Assembly: GCA_963663965.2 (NCBI GenBank) | Contig: CAXXFK010000001.1 | Location: 224,001 to 288,000 of the forward strand | Direction: 5' to 3' | DNA from: Sedimentisphaerales bacterium | GTDB lineage: Bacteria; Planctomycetota; Phycisphaerae; Sedimentisphaerales; SM23-30 | DNA: 64,000 bases | Part shown: in pieces, positions 38,581 to 48,566 of the stretch | Layout of the letters: every line of letters starts with the position of its first letter | Position numbering within the stretch: the first letter of the stretch is position 1 | Program-made: the position numbers and the translations under genes | The notes under the pieces: generated by a model | The model's input: the letters and a program-made list of their open reading frames with translations, nothing else | What the model was told of the DNA's origin: nothing | Database searches by the model: none

Positions 38581-39327
38581 ATGGACATGGTATTGCTCGA
38601 AACTCAGGATTTGATCAAACGCTATTCCGGCCGCACCGTCGTGGATGGCGTATCGCTCAAGGTCCATGAACGTGAAAGCATTGGCCTGCTGGGGCGAAAC
38701 GGGGCGGGAAAAACCACCTCATTCAGAATGACCATCGGCATGGTTACCCCCGATAGCGGCAAGGTCTTTTTTGAAGGGCGTGATATCACCCATATGCCCA
38801 TGTTTCGCCGGGCCCGTCTGGGCATTGGCTATCTTTCACAGGAACCCAGTGTTTTTCAACGCCTTACTGTCGAACAAAACCTGCTGGCTATTCTTGAAAC
38901 CCTTTCTCTGACCCGGCGCGACCGCAATATCCGAATGGAAGAACTGCTGGACCAGTTTGGTCTGGCCAAAGTTCGCAAACAGCAGGCACGGGTTCTCAGT
39001 GGCGGGGAACGGCGCAAGTTGGAAATTGCCCGCGCCCTGATCACGAATCCATCGCTTATTCTACTGGATGAGCCGTTCAGCGGCGTGGATCCGATCGCGG
39101 TGGAAGATCTGCAAAAAGAAATCGGCCGGTTGATGGACAAGGGAATCAGCATATTAATTACCGATCATAATGTGGAAAGAACACTTGAAGTTGTGGATCG
39201 GGCGTATATTATAAATGAGGGTAAAGTGCTAGCCTGCGGCGCCCCCAAAGAGTTAGTCAACAATCCAACGGTACGAAAAGCGTATTTCGGCCATATGTTC
39301 AAAGGAGATGAATTCGACAACCGCTAA
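38581..39327 (+). CDS. lptB: LPS export ABC transporter ATP-binding protein
   Basis: GRNGAGKTT, RRARLGIGYLSQEPSVF, LSGGERR, LDEPFSGVDPIAV, ITDHNV. Confidence 0.93.
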   Translation: MDMVLLETQDLIKRYSGRTVVDGVSLKVHERESIGLLGRNGAGKTTSFRMTIGMVTPDSGKVFFEGRDITHMPMFRRARLGIGYLSQEPSVFQRLTVEQNLLAILETLSLTRRDRNIRMEELLDQFGLAKVRKQQARVLSGGERRKLEIARALITNPSLILLDEPFSGVDPIAVEDLQKEIGRLMDKGISILITDHNVERTLEVVDRAYIINEGKVLACGAPKELVNNPTVRKAYFGHMFKGDEFDNR

Positions 39328-39368
39328 TCCCGGCCAGATGGAAATCCATTTTCCTGGAGGAAACCGCC

Positions 39369-40316
39369 CTGTTAAGGTATCTTGAATATATTTATATCAA
39401 TTACGGCATTATCCGGCCGGCTATCGAACTATGCCTGATCGGTTTTGCGGTCTATTCAGTTATCCGCTTCCTGAGAGGCACTGGCGGTGAAAAACTATTC
39501 ATGGGTTTCATTTTCCTGGTATTGGGTTTCTGGTGCGTGAGTTTTCTAACGGACTGGCTGGCATTGGAGCGAATTCAGCTTATTTTCAAATATTTCCTTT
39601 TAATGGTCTTACTGGTTGCCACGGTCTCGTTTCAACCGGAATTGCGCCGGGGCCTGATGAAACTGGGCGGCGCGCGTTTCAGCCGAAACACGGTTCCACA
39701 GATCGCCAATGTGATCGAACAGATCATCGATTCAGTAGCCATTCTCAGCCGCTCAGAAATCGGGGGCATAATCGCCATTGAACGCGAAGTCGGACTGGCC
39801 GATTATATTGCCAGCGGAACGCAGATCGATTCCGAAGTCACTGCCGATCTGCTTAACACCATTTTCTGGCCGGGTTCTCCCCTGCATGATATGGGCGTTG
39901 TTATTCGCAAAGGGAAACTGGCTGCCGCCGGCGTGCAATTCCCCCTGGCGGAATATGGTGATTTTGACCGTATGCTGGGTTCCCGCCATCGAGCGGCAAT
40001 TGGTCTATCCAAGGCGACAGACGCGGCCATTGTTGTTGTCAGCGAAGAAACCGGGAATATTTCACTGGCCCAGAACGGCAAACTGGCCCGTTTCCTGACG
40101 TTAGAACAGCTCCGTCAACAGTTACTCGACTTGATGCTCCCATTAGCAACGGAACCTCAAAAAACCAAAAAGCGGAAAACTTCTGATGAATCGAATCATT
40201 CCAGCCAGGTGAACATAAACACCCCATCATCAAGAGATCATGAGGATTTGAAAAACTCACCGCAATCCACGCATACCAATCTGTCCGGGCAGGAGGTGGC
40301 GGATCATGTTCAATAA
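39369..40316 (+). CDS. cdaA: Membrane diadenylate cyclase CdaA/DacA, probable CTG start
   Basis: FQPELRRGL, SPLHD, GSRHRAAIG, VVSEETG. The frame extends 44 codons upstream of ATG 39501, through a first TM helix, to CTG 39369 behind GGAGG. Confidence 0.85.
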   Translation: MLRYLEYIYINYGIIRPAIELCLIGFAVYSVIRFLRGTGGEKLFMGFIFLVLGFWCVSFLTDWLALERIQLIFKYFLLMVLLVATVSFQPELRRGLMKLGGARFSRNTVPQIANVIEQIIDSVAILSRSEIGGIIAIEREVGLADYIASGTQIDSEVTADLLNTIFWPGSPLHDMGVVIRKGKLAAAGVQFPLAEYGDFDRMLGSRHRAAIGLSKATDAAIVVVSEETGNISLAQNGKLARFLTLEQLRQQLLDLMLPLATEPQKTKKRKTSDESNHSSQVNINTPSSRDHEDLKNSPQSTHTNLSGQEVADHVQ

Positions 40317-41385
40317 AATCCGGACCGGTATCATCGTCGCGATACTCAGCGGCCTGATCTGGGTATTTGCCGAACAGGCCGTCACCAAAGAAGGCAGCAA
40401 AGATATCATCATCACGCTGGATGAAATAAACCGTTCGGGCGATTTATATGTTCAATTTCTCGATGAGTTAAACAATCCGATCGATTCCTCGCAACAAGCC
40501 GTCAATGTCACGGTTCGCGGTCCGGCCGCCCGGATACTTGAATTGAACCTGTCTTATATCAATCAATTGATCCTGCAACCGGGCCGCATGGAAGTGGATC
40601 TATCCACCATCGTCGACAAGAAACGATTTAATGTCCCGGTGATCAACCTGTTAGGCAAAGGGCTGAATTCGATAGACGGCCGCAATTTTCTTCAGGTTAC
40701 CAATACCGAGCCAACTTCGCTGAATATACTGATAACCAAACTGATCTCAAAAAAAGTACCCGTGGCGGTTTACTCGAATGCCGGTGACCGTTTGACTCCG
40801 GAGTTAATTGAGCCGCCAACAATCGATGGATTTATCGTCCAGAACCCGGATAACCCGGTAGAAGCCACCGTCAGACTGACTGCCGATCAACAGCTTCAGG
40901 CTCTTCAACAGGAGATCATTGTTCCGGTAAAAATCGACTGGCCCAATCGTGGTCAGGGCGAAGTCCGGATCCGACTCAAACAAATAGTCAATCTGGTTGA
41001 TGACAAGATCCGGCTGCCCAGACTCTATGTTCAGAAACCATATACTATGGAAGATTTCCGCGTGGTGATCGAAGATCTGGATGCCAAACTGGAAGCCAAC
41101 CGGTATAGCCCGTTGGAAATTCGTGGAACGACAGAAGCCGTGAAGGCATATCGCGAGAGTGAATATCAGCTCGTCCTCAAAATAACTGAGCTGGACCGTC
41201 AAAATGCCAGCTCCGAGATTTCACGGCCACTGGAATATTACATTCCCCCATCAATCACCGGCCTGGAAATCATCAATACCGAAACACGGCCCATCAAATT
41301 CAGACTGGAGAGAATCAAACCCACTGAAGAGGCAGACGGATTACCCACACTTTCAGGCATTACCAATCCCTCGAATACTCCCTGA
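40306..41385 (+). CDS. CdaR/YbbR-like periplasmic regulator
   Basis: N-terminal TM (LIWVFA), VNVTVRGP motif, overlaps the end of cdaA. Confidence 0.6.
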   Translation: MFNKIRTGIIVAILSGLIWVFAEQAVTKEGSKDIIITLDEINRSGDLYVQFLDELNNPIDSSQQAVNVTVRGPAARILELNLSYINQLILQPGRMEVDLSTIVDKKRFNVPVINLLGKGLNSIDGRNFLQVTNTEPTSLNILITKLISKKVPVAVYSNAGDRLTPELIEPPTIDGFIVQNPDNPVEATVRLTADQQLQALQQEIIVPVKIDWPNRGQGEVRIRLKQIVNLVDDKIRLPRLYVQKPYTMEDFRVVIEDLDAKLEANRYSPLEIRGTTEAVKAYRESEYQLVLKITELDRQNASSEISRPLEYYIPPSITGLEIINTETRPIKFRLERIKPTEEADGLPTLSGITNPSNTP

Positions 41386-41529
41386 ATCCCCGAGTAGCCT
41401 AAACAGGCGATTTCGGGCCGGGTTTTCAAGTTCGTCAGTCTATTCGTCCGATAATTAAATCTGGAGCGAATCCTATTCGTGAGATTTTTATAACAATTCT
41501 TATAATAATATACTTGGAGCTTTAGCCTT

Positions 41530-42561
41530 ATGGCGGATGTTCTAGACCAGGATGAGGTGGACGCCCTTTTAAATGCCGTCGCAGGAGGAGAGTTTGAAAC
41601 GGATGAGGACTCCGGCGAGTCCGGTTTTGGCTGTATCGATGTCGGAACCGGTCCGGCAATCTCTCAAAAGGAAGTCCGTTCCTACGATTTTAAGCGTCCA
41701 GAACGTGTCAGTAAAGACCAGATGATGGCCCTGGAAGGACTGCATGAAACTTTTGCGCGGAATTTCGGAGCCCTGGTCAGCGGCTATCTCCGTACGATTA
41801 TCGAAGTCAAAGTTCGCAGCACCGAACAGCTAACCTATGCCGAATTTACCTACTCCCTTCCCACCCCCACGGTTTTTTACCTGATGAATGCCAGTCCGCT
41901 GGAAGGCCAGGTCTGCCTTGAAATCAGTCCTCTGATTGTCTATCCTATTCTGGATCGCATGCTGGGTGGGAGCAGTTCGGATCTCTATATTCCCCAACGC
42001 CCGCTGACCCAGATCGAGCAGCGCCTGGCAGACCGTCTGATGGAACGAGCTATTGACGCGCTGGTAGAGACCTGGAGCAATATCACTGACGTTAATTTTG
42101 AAGTGATCCAGAGCGAATCCAATCCCCAGCTGGTACAGGTCGTCGCCCCCAATGAAGTGGTGGTGGTTATTGGTTTTGAAGTCAAAATGGGTGATCGGTC
42201 CGGATCCATGAGTTTATGTATCCCGTTTAATGTCATCGAACCCCTGATGGGTCGCCTGACCAGCCAGGACTGGTTTAACTATCGGAAAAAAAGCATCAGC
42301 GAGAGTTTCCGGGGCGCCATCAAACAAAATATCGGCGATGCCAAACTTAAGGTCCGCACCTATATCGGCCAGACGACGATCAAGGTCAGTGACCTGATGT
42401 CTCTGGAAGTCGGCGATGTCCTCAAACTCAAGAAAGAAGCGACCGAAGATTTGCTTATGCAGATAGAAGGTATCAGCAAATTTGCCGGAAAAGCAGGTCA
42501 GTTCCGAGGTAAAAAGGCTCTCAAAGTCTCGCGTAAAGCCAAGCCCGGCGAACGAATATAG
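41530..42561 (+). CDS. fliM: Flagellar motor switch protein FliM
   Basis: MADVLDQDEVDALL, YDFKRPERVSKDQ, RPLTQIE, ESNPQLVQ. Confidence 0.95.
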   Translation: MADVLDQDEVDALLNAVAGGEFETDEDSGESGFGCIDVGTGPAISQKEVRSYDFKRPERVSKDQMMALEGLHETFARNFGALVSGYLRTIIEVKVRSTEQLTYAEFTYSLPTPTVFYLMNASPLEGQVCLEISPLIVYPILDRMLGGSSSDLYIPQRPLTQIEQRLADRLMERAIDALVETWSNITDVNFEVIQSESNPQLVQVVAPNEVVVVIGFEVKMGDRSGSMSLCIPFNVIEPLMGRLTSQDWFNYRKKSISESFRGAIKQNIGDAKLKVRTYIGQTTIKVSDLMSLEVGDVLKLKKEATEDLLMQIEGISKFAGKAGQFRGKKALKVSRKAKPGERI

Positions 42562-42930
42562 CGCCCTCCATATCGTATTCACTTAAAGGTCACTCTAAAA
42601 ATTCATACGAGTCTGATAAGCTGGGTATTTGTTTCAACGATATGCCAGTCTGCCATGCAATTTTGAAAATAATAAAATTTTCCCAGGGAATCCAGTCGGT
42701 CTGGTTCGAAAACTACTGTCCAATAACTAATTGTCATTAAATAAGATAGTGATTCTTTCAGCGTATAATAATCCCCGGATTTATCATTATATTTCAATCC
42801 GAGTCGTGCGTATAAATGTTCCTAAATCCAGATACATTCTATGCCGATAATTAATTGGAATTGATATTTTAACATCGATTTTAGCGTTCTGCTTATTCTT
42901 TTATCCGAGAGATCACCAAGGAGCAAATTC

Positions 42931-45009
42931 ATGGAACGGACTGCTAAAAACAGGCTTTCCAGCACCTGTTTAAGAACCATATTGATCCTGACGGCTCTTA
43001 CCATTGGAATCACGGGGACTTTATGGATCTTTCAAACTTATCATAGTTTTAAAGACGATTGTGCCGAGTTGCGTCAGAACTATATTCGGGACCAGAAAAA
43101 TGCCATTCGAAGCGAAGTTGAAAAAGTCTGTGATTTTATTAATTACAACCGGAAGCAGGCAGAAGCAAGGCTGAAAAACGACATTAAAAGCCGCGTTTAT
43201 GAAGCCTTTGCCATTGCCTCCGGCATCTATGAAAATAACCGGGAACAATGCGCCTTAGCTGAATTAAAAACGCTGGTCAAAGATGCATTACGACCTATCC
43301 GGTTCAATGGCGGGAGAGGTTATTATTTTGCCACCCGTTTAGACGGATTGGAAGAATTATTCGCCGACAAACCGGAATTGGAAGGTAAAAACCTGTTGGA
43401 TATGAGGGACAATGACGGCCGGTGGGTTATCCGGGACATGATCGATCTAGTGAATTCTGAGGATGAAGGATTTTACCAATATAACTGGAGTAAACCGAAT
43501 CAGCCGGGAAAATCACATCCAAAAATCGCTTTCATCAAGCGGTTTGAACCGTTTAACTGGTTCATTGGGACCGGTGAATATCTTGAAGATGTGACTTCAG
43601 ATATTCAGCAGGAAGTTCTGAATAGAATCGCAAAGATCCGTTTTGGTGAAAATGGCTATATTTTTGTTGTCAGCTATGACGGCACCACTCTCATGAACGA
43701 TATTCAGAGGCATCTGATCGGCCAGAATCTTTGGGAAATGACCGATCCGGAAGGCACCAAAGTGATCCAGGCAGAAAGGAAAGCGACCTCGAAACCTGAA
43801 GGGGATTTTATTCAATACGTCTGGAATAAACCAACCAGTGAAAACCCCAGCCCCAAAATCGCGTTCGTCAAAGGGATCGCCGACTGGGAATGGATGATTG
43901 GCGCCGGAGTCTATCTGGATGACGTGGAACAAATCATCGCCCGGGATCGGGCCAGACTGGACGAACAGGTCAGGAACCAGTTATTACAGATTGTGCTATT
44001 GCTGCTGGTAGTGGCTATGGCCGCTTATTTCATTTCAATGCGGTTGATACGAAAATTGCGGATTTCGCTAGCCGCATTCGTATCATTTTTTCAAAACGCG
44101 GCATCCCAGGCCGCCCATGTCGATAAAAGTAAAATCTGTTATTCCGAATTTGATACGCTGGCCGACTCCGCCAACTTAATGATCGATAAACGCCTGGAAA
44201 CAGAGCACGATTTAAGACAGGAAAACAGAGTCAGGATGGAGGCTGAAAAAAAAGCAGAGGCAGCCAATATTGCTAAAAGTCAGTTTCTGGCCAATGTAAG
44301 TCACGAGATCCGAACGCCCATGAATGGAATTATCGGTTTTTCCGATCTGCTGGCAGCGGAACTATTGAATGAACAGCAAAGCGACTATGTCAAAATAATC
44401 AGAGACTCCGCGTATAATCTCTTTGAGCTGATCGACAACATCCTGGACCTGTCGAAAATTGAAGCCGCTGAACTGGAAATAGAAAGTATCGATTGTATGT
44501 TACAGGATATCATTAATTCCATTAACTTACAAATGAGGGCAAAAGCGCAAGAAAAAGGGATCGAATTTAAAATCATGACGGAGCCGCAGGTGCCCTCGGT
44601 CATACAGACTGATCCGGTTCGTCTGAAAAAATGTCTGGTGAATTTAATCGATAACGCGATTAAATTCACCGAGCAGGGTCATGTACAGTTAACCGTATCC
44701 TCTCAAAGAATCGATGAGGCGCATACGATCCGATTCGATATCAAAGACACCGGCATCGGTGTTTCACAAGATATTCAGGAACGAATATTCGAACCATTTA
44801 CACAGGCGGATGGCAGCAGTACCAGACGATTTGGCGGGACTGGCCTGGGACTGACTCTCACGCGGCAATTGACCCGGTTAATGGGCGGGACATTGACTCT
44901 GATAAGCGCACCGGGACAAGGTTCAGTATTCACCTTAATTATACCGGCAGTTATCAAATCGGAAGATCACGTTTGGATGGATTCATTTTACGCGGATGTC
45001 ATGGGATAA
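42931..45009 (+). CDS. Sensor histidine kinase with tandem Cache domains
   Basis: TM, two Cache_2-like repeats (GYYF/GYIF..YxWxKP..KIAF..WxIGxGxY), [32 protein letters not shown]. Confidence 0.92.
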   Translation: MERTAKNRLSSTCLRTILILTALTIGITGTLWIFQTYHSFKDDCAELRQNYIRDQKNAIRSEVEKVCDFINYNRKQAEARLKNDIKSRVYEAFAIASGIYENNREQCALAELKTLVKDALRPIRFNGGRGYYFATRLDGLEELFADKPELEGKNLLDMRDNDGRWVIRDMIDLVNSEDEGFYQYNWSKPNQPGKSHPKIAFIKRFEPFNWFIGTGEYLEDVTSDIQQEVLNRIAKIRFGENGYIFVVSYDGTTLMNDIQRHLIGQNLWEMTDPEGTKVIQAERKATSKPEGDFIQYVWNKPTSENPSPKIAFVKGIADWEWMIGAGVYLDDVEQIIARDRARLDEQVRNQLLQIVLLLLVVAMAAYFISMRLIRKLRISLAAFVSFFQNAASQAAHVDKSKICYSEFDTLADSANLMIDKRLETEHDLRQENRVRMEAEKKAEAANIAKSQFLANVSHEIRTPMNGIIGFSDLLAAELLNEQQSDYVKIIRDSAYNLFELIDNILDLSKIEAAELEIESIDCMLQDIINSINLQMRAKAQEKGIEFKIMTEPQVPSVIQTDPVRLKKCLVNLIDNAIKFTEQGHVQLTVSSQRIDEAHTIRFDIKDTGIGVSQDIQERIFEPFTQADGSSTRRFGGTGLGLTLTRQLTRLMGGTLTLISAPGQGSVFTLIIPAVIKSEDHVWMDSFYADVMG

Positions 45010-45199
45010 AACTTCGCCTCATTGGTTTGCCAATTCAAGGAATTATATCCAATGGGTATGAAAATTCCTGATGGCTCGAAAGATAACTATTTACACGTGT
45101 AGAACTTATAACACGGCCCAGCGGGTATTTTCAATCGTAAATGGTATAATACCACAAATTCACAGGCCATGGCAATCCGGGTCACTATCTCCGGGCAAT

Positions 45200-46753
45200 T
45201 TACTGCAATTGGAATTCGATGATCCGAAGGGGGGTCGATTGCTGGGATTCGACCGGACTATCCTGGGCCATAATCGAGAGTATCTGTTCGGATTGGAAGC
45301 GGATGGGATCGGCGAGGAATTCATTGACAAAGAGACCAGGCTCGGTGTGGATGATTTGCCAGTCTGTCCAACCAGATGCGGCCGTCGCCGCCGCGATTTT
45401 TAAATCGCCGTCGCTGAACTGGACTCCCCCCCCCCACATGGCCGAAGGATCGCGTGAAGCGCCGTATATAAAGAAAGCGTCGCCATTGGGCCGGATAAAC
45501 AATTTGGGGCGATTGCCGGCAACCCAGTTCATCTCGAAATGACGCCAGGAGCCGTCGTTGTCCCGCCAGTAATGATGATAGCGTCGGGCCATGGGATGGT
45601 GCCAGGAATAGGCATCCGGATACCCCTGGTCAGCGGCCCGGGCAATGGTTTCTTCAGTACTATGCCAGGTCACCACATGAACACGGCCCTGAGGATCAAC
45701 GGCCTGAGCCTGCTGGTTGATCATGCCCAGACGCCGGGAAAGATTGACAACGATAACACCGGGAGAATCGATATGAATAAGCTGCTGAGTGGCCGCATTT
45801 CCAGTTGCCCGACCAATGATCCGGAAGTCTGAAGAGAGTCCGTTAAAGCTGAGTAAGGTTTGAGGTATCGTATCATCGATGGCAATTCTGAGGGCAGTGT
45901 TTTTGTCGTTGAGCCAGGTATAACCGTTGTCTGTACTCATGCCATACATGATATCATGATTGGCGCCCTGCGTGCCCTCCCGCCAGCACCAGGTAACATG
46001 AAATACGCCATCCAGGCCATAAGTATAATTATTGGGGTAAGCGCATCGTGAAGTACTGGTATTGTATTCATCGGTAAACGTTCCACTGCGAGAGATAAAG
46101 CCGCGTGAATTATGCCAGGAGTGATCGGAACCGTGGTAATCGGCTATCCACCAGTCGCCATTGCCGGAACCCCCCGTACGATAAATCATCTGAAGGTCAC
46201 CGGCCGGTGTCTGAATAAAAGCCGGGTAGGTCAGACTGAAAGTCTTGCCGGTTTCAAGATAGTTCCGAACCGGCCCGAAAAGGGAAGACTGCCATTCAGT
46301 CTGTCCCGGATCGGTAGCAACGCCAACCTGCGACAGGCGGTAATGCAAAGGATGACCATGATGATCAAAAGCCAGGTGAATGGTGCCATCATTGGGACAG
46401 ATACCCATTGAGATTGTGTTATGCGCATCGTTGCTGGCGAAATAATAATCGGTCAGTTCGATGGTCTGCCAGGGGCCGGAAGGCAAATAACGCCGTGCCA
46501 CACAGACATGGCGGTTCCCGTTATAATAAGCGACGTATTGATAACCATTATGGGATATGACGGCATCCTGTTGAAATGAGACGCCATTGATTGCCTGGCC
46601 GAAGTTTCCTTCAATCGTCAGAGCCAGAGGATCGACCGTTGTATCGGCAATTTTCTGTAACGCCGGAAAGGCGAATAAACCCGTTGACAGCAGGCTTAAA
46701 CCTGCGGATAGAAACAAAAATATACGTTGATACAGCATGAGGTAATGCCCCAT
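45200..46753 (-). CDS. Secreted BNR-4 repeat (beta-propeller) protein
   Basis: DAHNTISMG..DGTIHLAFDHH, LTYP, YRTGGSGNG, STDNGYTW; ATG overlaps the upstream TAA. Confidence 0.85.
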   Translation of the reverse strand: MGHYLMLYQRIFLFLSAGLSLLSTGLFAFPALQKIADTTVDPLALTIEGNFGQAINGVSFQQDAVISHNGYQYVAYYNGNRHVCVARRYLPSGPWQTIELTDYYFASNDAHNTISMGICPNDGTIHLAFDHHGHPLHYRLSQVGVATDPGQTEWQSSLFGPVRNYLETGKTFSLTYPAFIQTPAGDLQMIYRTGGSGNGDWWIADYHGSDHSWHNSRGFISRSGTFTDEYNTSTSRCAYPNNYTYGLDGVFHVTWCWREGTQGANHDIMYGMSTDNGYTWLNDKNTALRIAIDDTIPQTLLSFNGLSSDFRIIGRATGNAATQQLIHIDSPGVIVVNLSRRLGMINQQAQAVDPQGRVHVVTWHSTEETIARAADQGYPDAYSWHHPMARRYHHYWRDNDGSWRHFEMNWVAGNRPKLFIRPNGDAFFIYGASRDPSAMWGGGVQFSDGDLKIAAATAASGWTDWQIIHTEPGLFVNEFLADPIRFQSEQILSIMAQDSPVESQQSTPLRIIEFQLQ

Positions 46754-48483
46754 TATTGACAGCGCGGATAGATGCCGCATGACATCCAGTTATCCAGTAA
46801 TATCCTTAAATCGTAGAGGTCAACACGACAGTCAGGAGAGCCATTGGGTCCGGTTAAATCAAACGTCTGGGCGTACGACAGAATACAAAGAACATCTTCA
46901 GTGAAAAGGCTGACTACCTGAGCATCACTGAGCGCATAGTTAAAGATTCGAACATCATCAAGCGCGCCATTGAACGTATGGGCGCCGGAGGCATGTCCCA
47001 GATCGACTGTGATCCGGCCGGGATCGACCTTATGCCAGCTTTCGGTCGTTTTTATCCGGCCGTCCAGATAGGTACGCCCGGTAGTTCCATCGAAAGTCAC
47101 ACAGAAAAACTGCCAGTGGCCGGGTTGAGCCGCATGATCAAGACGGGAAGTGCCATTCCAGATGCTTTCGACCATCAGATCGCCGGCCGCTGAGGTCATA
47201 TCCTGCAGTCCGTTCCAACGATACCAAAAGGCAATCGAAAACTCTCCGGTGAACCCGATTGGTCTGAGAGGACTGGAACTGGCCCAGCCAGCTTCAGGAG
47301 TAATTTCACTAGCAGCAGCATCCTGACCATGAGCACCCAAAACAAAGGCCGGTAGACCGGTAATATCAGCATGATGGCCACCCTGACGATCCAGATAACG
47401 GTTATCGGCCACCTCCGCCTGCCCCAATGGCCAGTATGTCAGCAGAGCATTTACCTGTAACCGGGCGGCAGTCGAAACCACTGGAAATACGCTTTCATCA
47501 CTCAGAATACAATAATAGGCACCTTCATCGTCAGCATTGGCGTCGGTCATAATCAGACGGGCCAGCCAGGCGTCCGTGGCGTCATTATATTCGAGCGATG
47601 AAACAATATCAGGATTATCTCCCGGCAGTGTTGTATCGATACCCTCTTGCAACCGATGCCAGACTGCAACGGGCTGGGAATTCGTAGTAAAACGGACAAC
47701 AAATTCAACCGGCTGACTGCCGTAGATGGCAGTATCCTGCGGCTGGCCATCCGGTGTTATTTCAAGATTTGATTCGATACGCAATAAATTAAAATTCTTC
47801 AAACGGCCATGAATTGTATTCTGACCACTGGCGAAACCAACCGCATGAATATCAGGATTAGTCGAATATGTAAACGTATGAATTTGAGTGAAGTAAAAGT
47901 CGGCCGCATATTTTTGATACCATTGTACCTGCCAGCTCTCGTTGCGGGTATCAAGCAGGATCATCAGATCGACATCTCGGCTATGATCGAGCGACGGTTC
48001 AATCGAAATGCCATTGGCAGTAGCCGGTCCGGCAAACAGTTGATCCGGCTGGGTGGCGTTATTTCCCCGGCGCAGCATCCAGGCATAACCGGTTGTAGGT
48101 GAACCCAGAAAACGCTGTCCACTGGCCGTACTGGATCCGGCCGTGAAACCCAGCGCCAGCCAGTAATCATCACCCGTGACATCCCGGAACGAGGCGGACA
48201 AATGGTAGATAAAACCGGATTGTGGTTCAAAAGGCACGGTTGCCGTGCTGTAGAGCCCGGATGCGCCATCCGCCTTCCAACTACTATGAGCATTCCAGGT
48301 ATTGCCCGTTCCACCCGGATCAACATCAATCGGCTGGCCGTGCAAACTGGTGGATGAATCTCCGCTAAAGGTATGCTGATAGATTACTGTGGTTTGCGCC
48401 TGCAGGGGAATGATAATAAGGGGAAACAGTAGCAGTAGAAGACCGGGGCGTAAAAGAGGTGATAATGCCAAGATTTTTATCAC
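46753..48483 (-). CDS. Secreted Ig + LamG-like jellyroll protein with C-terminal dockerin-like module
   Basis: Signal peptide, DEGAYYC Ig motif, WQFFCVTFDG..LDDVRIFNYALS, DCRVDLYDL; GTG 48483 after AAGGA. Confidence 0.8.
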   Translation of the reverse strand: MIKILALSPLLRPGLLLLLFPLIIIPLQAQTTVIYQHTFSGDSSTSLHGQPIDVDPGGTGNTWNAHSSWKADGASGLYSTATVPFEPQSGFIYHLSASFRDVTGDDYWLALGFTAGSSTASGQRFLGSPTTGYAWMLRRGNNATQPDQLFAGPATANGISIEPSLDHSRDVDLMILLDTRNESWQVQWYQKYAADFYFTQIHTFTYSTNPDIHAVGFASGQNTIHGRLKNFNLLRIESNLEITPDGQPQDTAIYGSQPVEFVVRFTTNSQPVAVWHRLQEGIDTTLPGDNPDIVSSLEYNDATDAWLARLIMTDANADDEGAYYCILSDESVFPVVSTAARLQVNALLTYWPLGQAEVADNRYLDRQGGHHADITGLPAFVLGAHGQDAAASEITPEAGWASSSPLRPIGFTGEFSIAFWYRWNGLQDMTSAAGDLMVESIWNGTSRLDHAAQPGHWQFFCVTFDGTTGRTYLDGRIKTTESWHKVDPGRITVDLGHASGAHTFNGALDDVRIFNYALSDAQVVSLFTEDVLCILSYAQTFDLTGPNGSPDCRVDLYDLRILLDNWMSCGIYPRCQ

Positions 48484-48505
48484 TTTTCGATCCTTGAAAC
48501 AAGCA

Positions 48506-48534
48506 GATGGACCGCCCACCGAGGGCGGTCCATC
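48506..48534 (-). terminator. Strong intergenic hairpin (weak terminator or mRNA stabiliser)
   Basis: GATGGACCGCCC-N5-GGGCGGTCCATC, perfect 12-bp stem; only an interrupted T tract follows on the minus strand. Confidence 0.6.
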
Positions 48535-48566
48535 GGAAAGATCAAACGTTTGGAAGCCTCTATGAC

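Noticed and set aside
44945..45200. Truncated receiver domain after the Cache kinase
   Set aside because: No REC-like residues seen in the ORF downstream of the stop; truncation cannot be supported.
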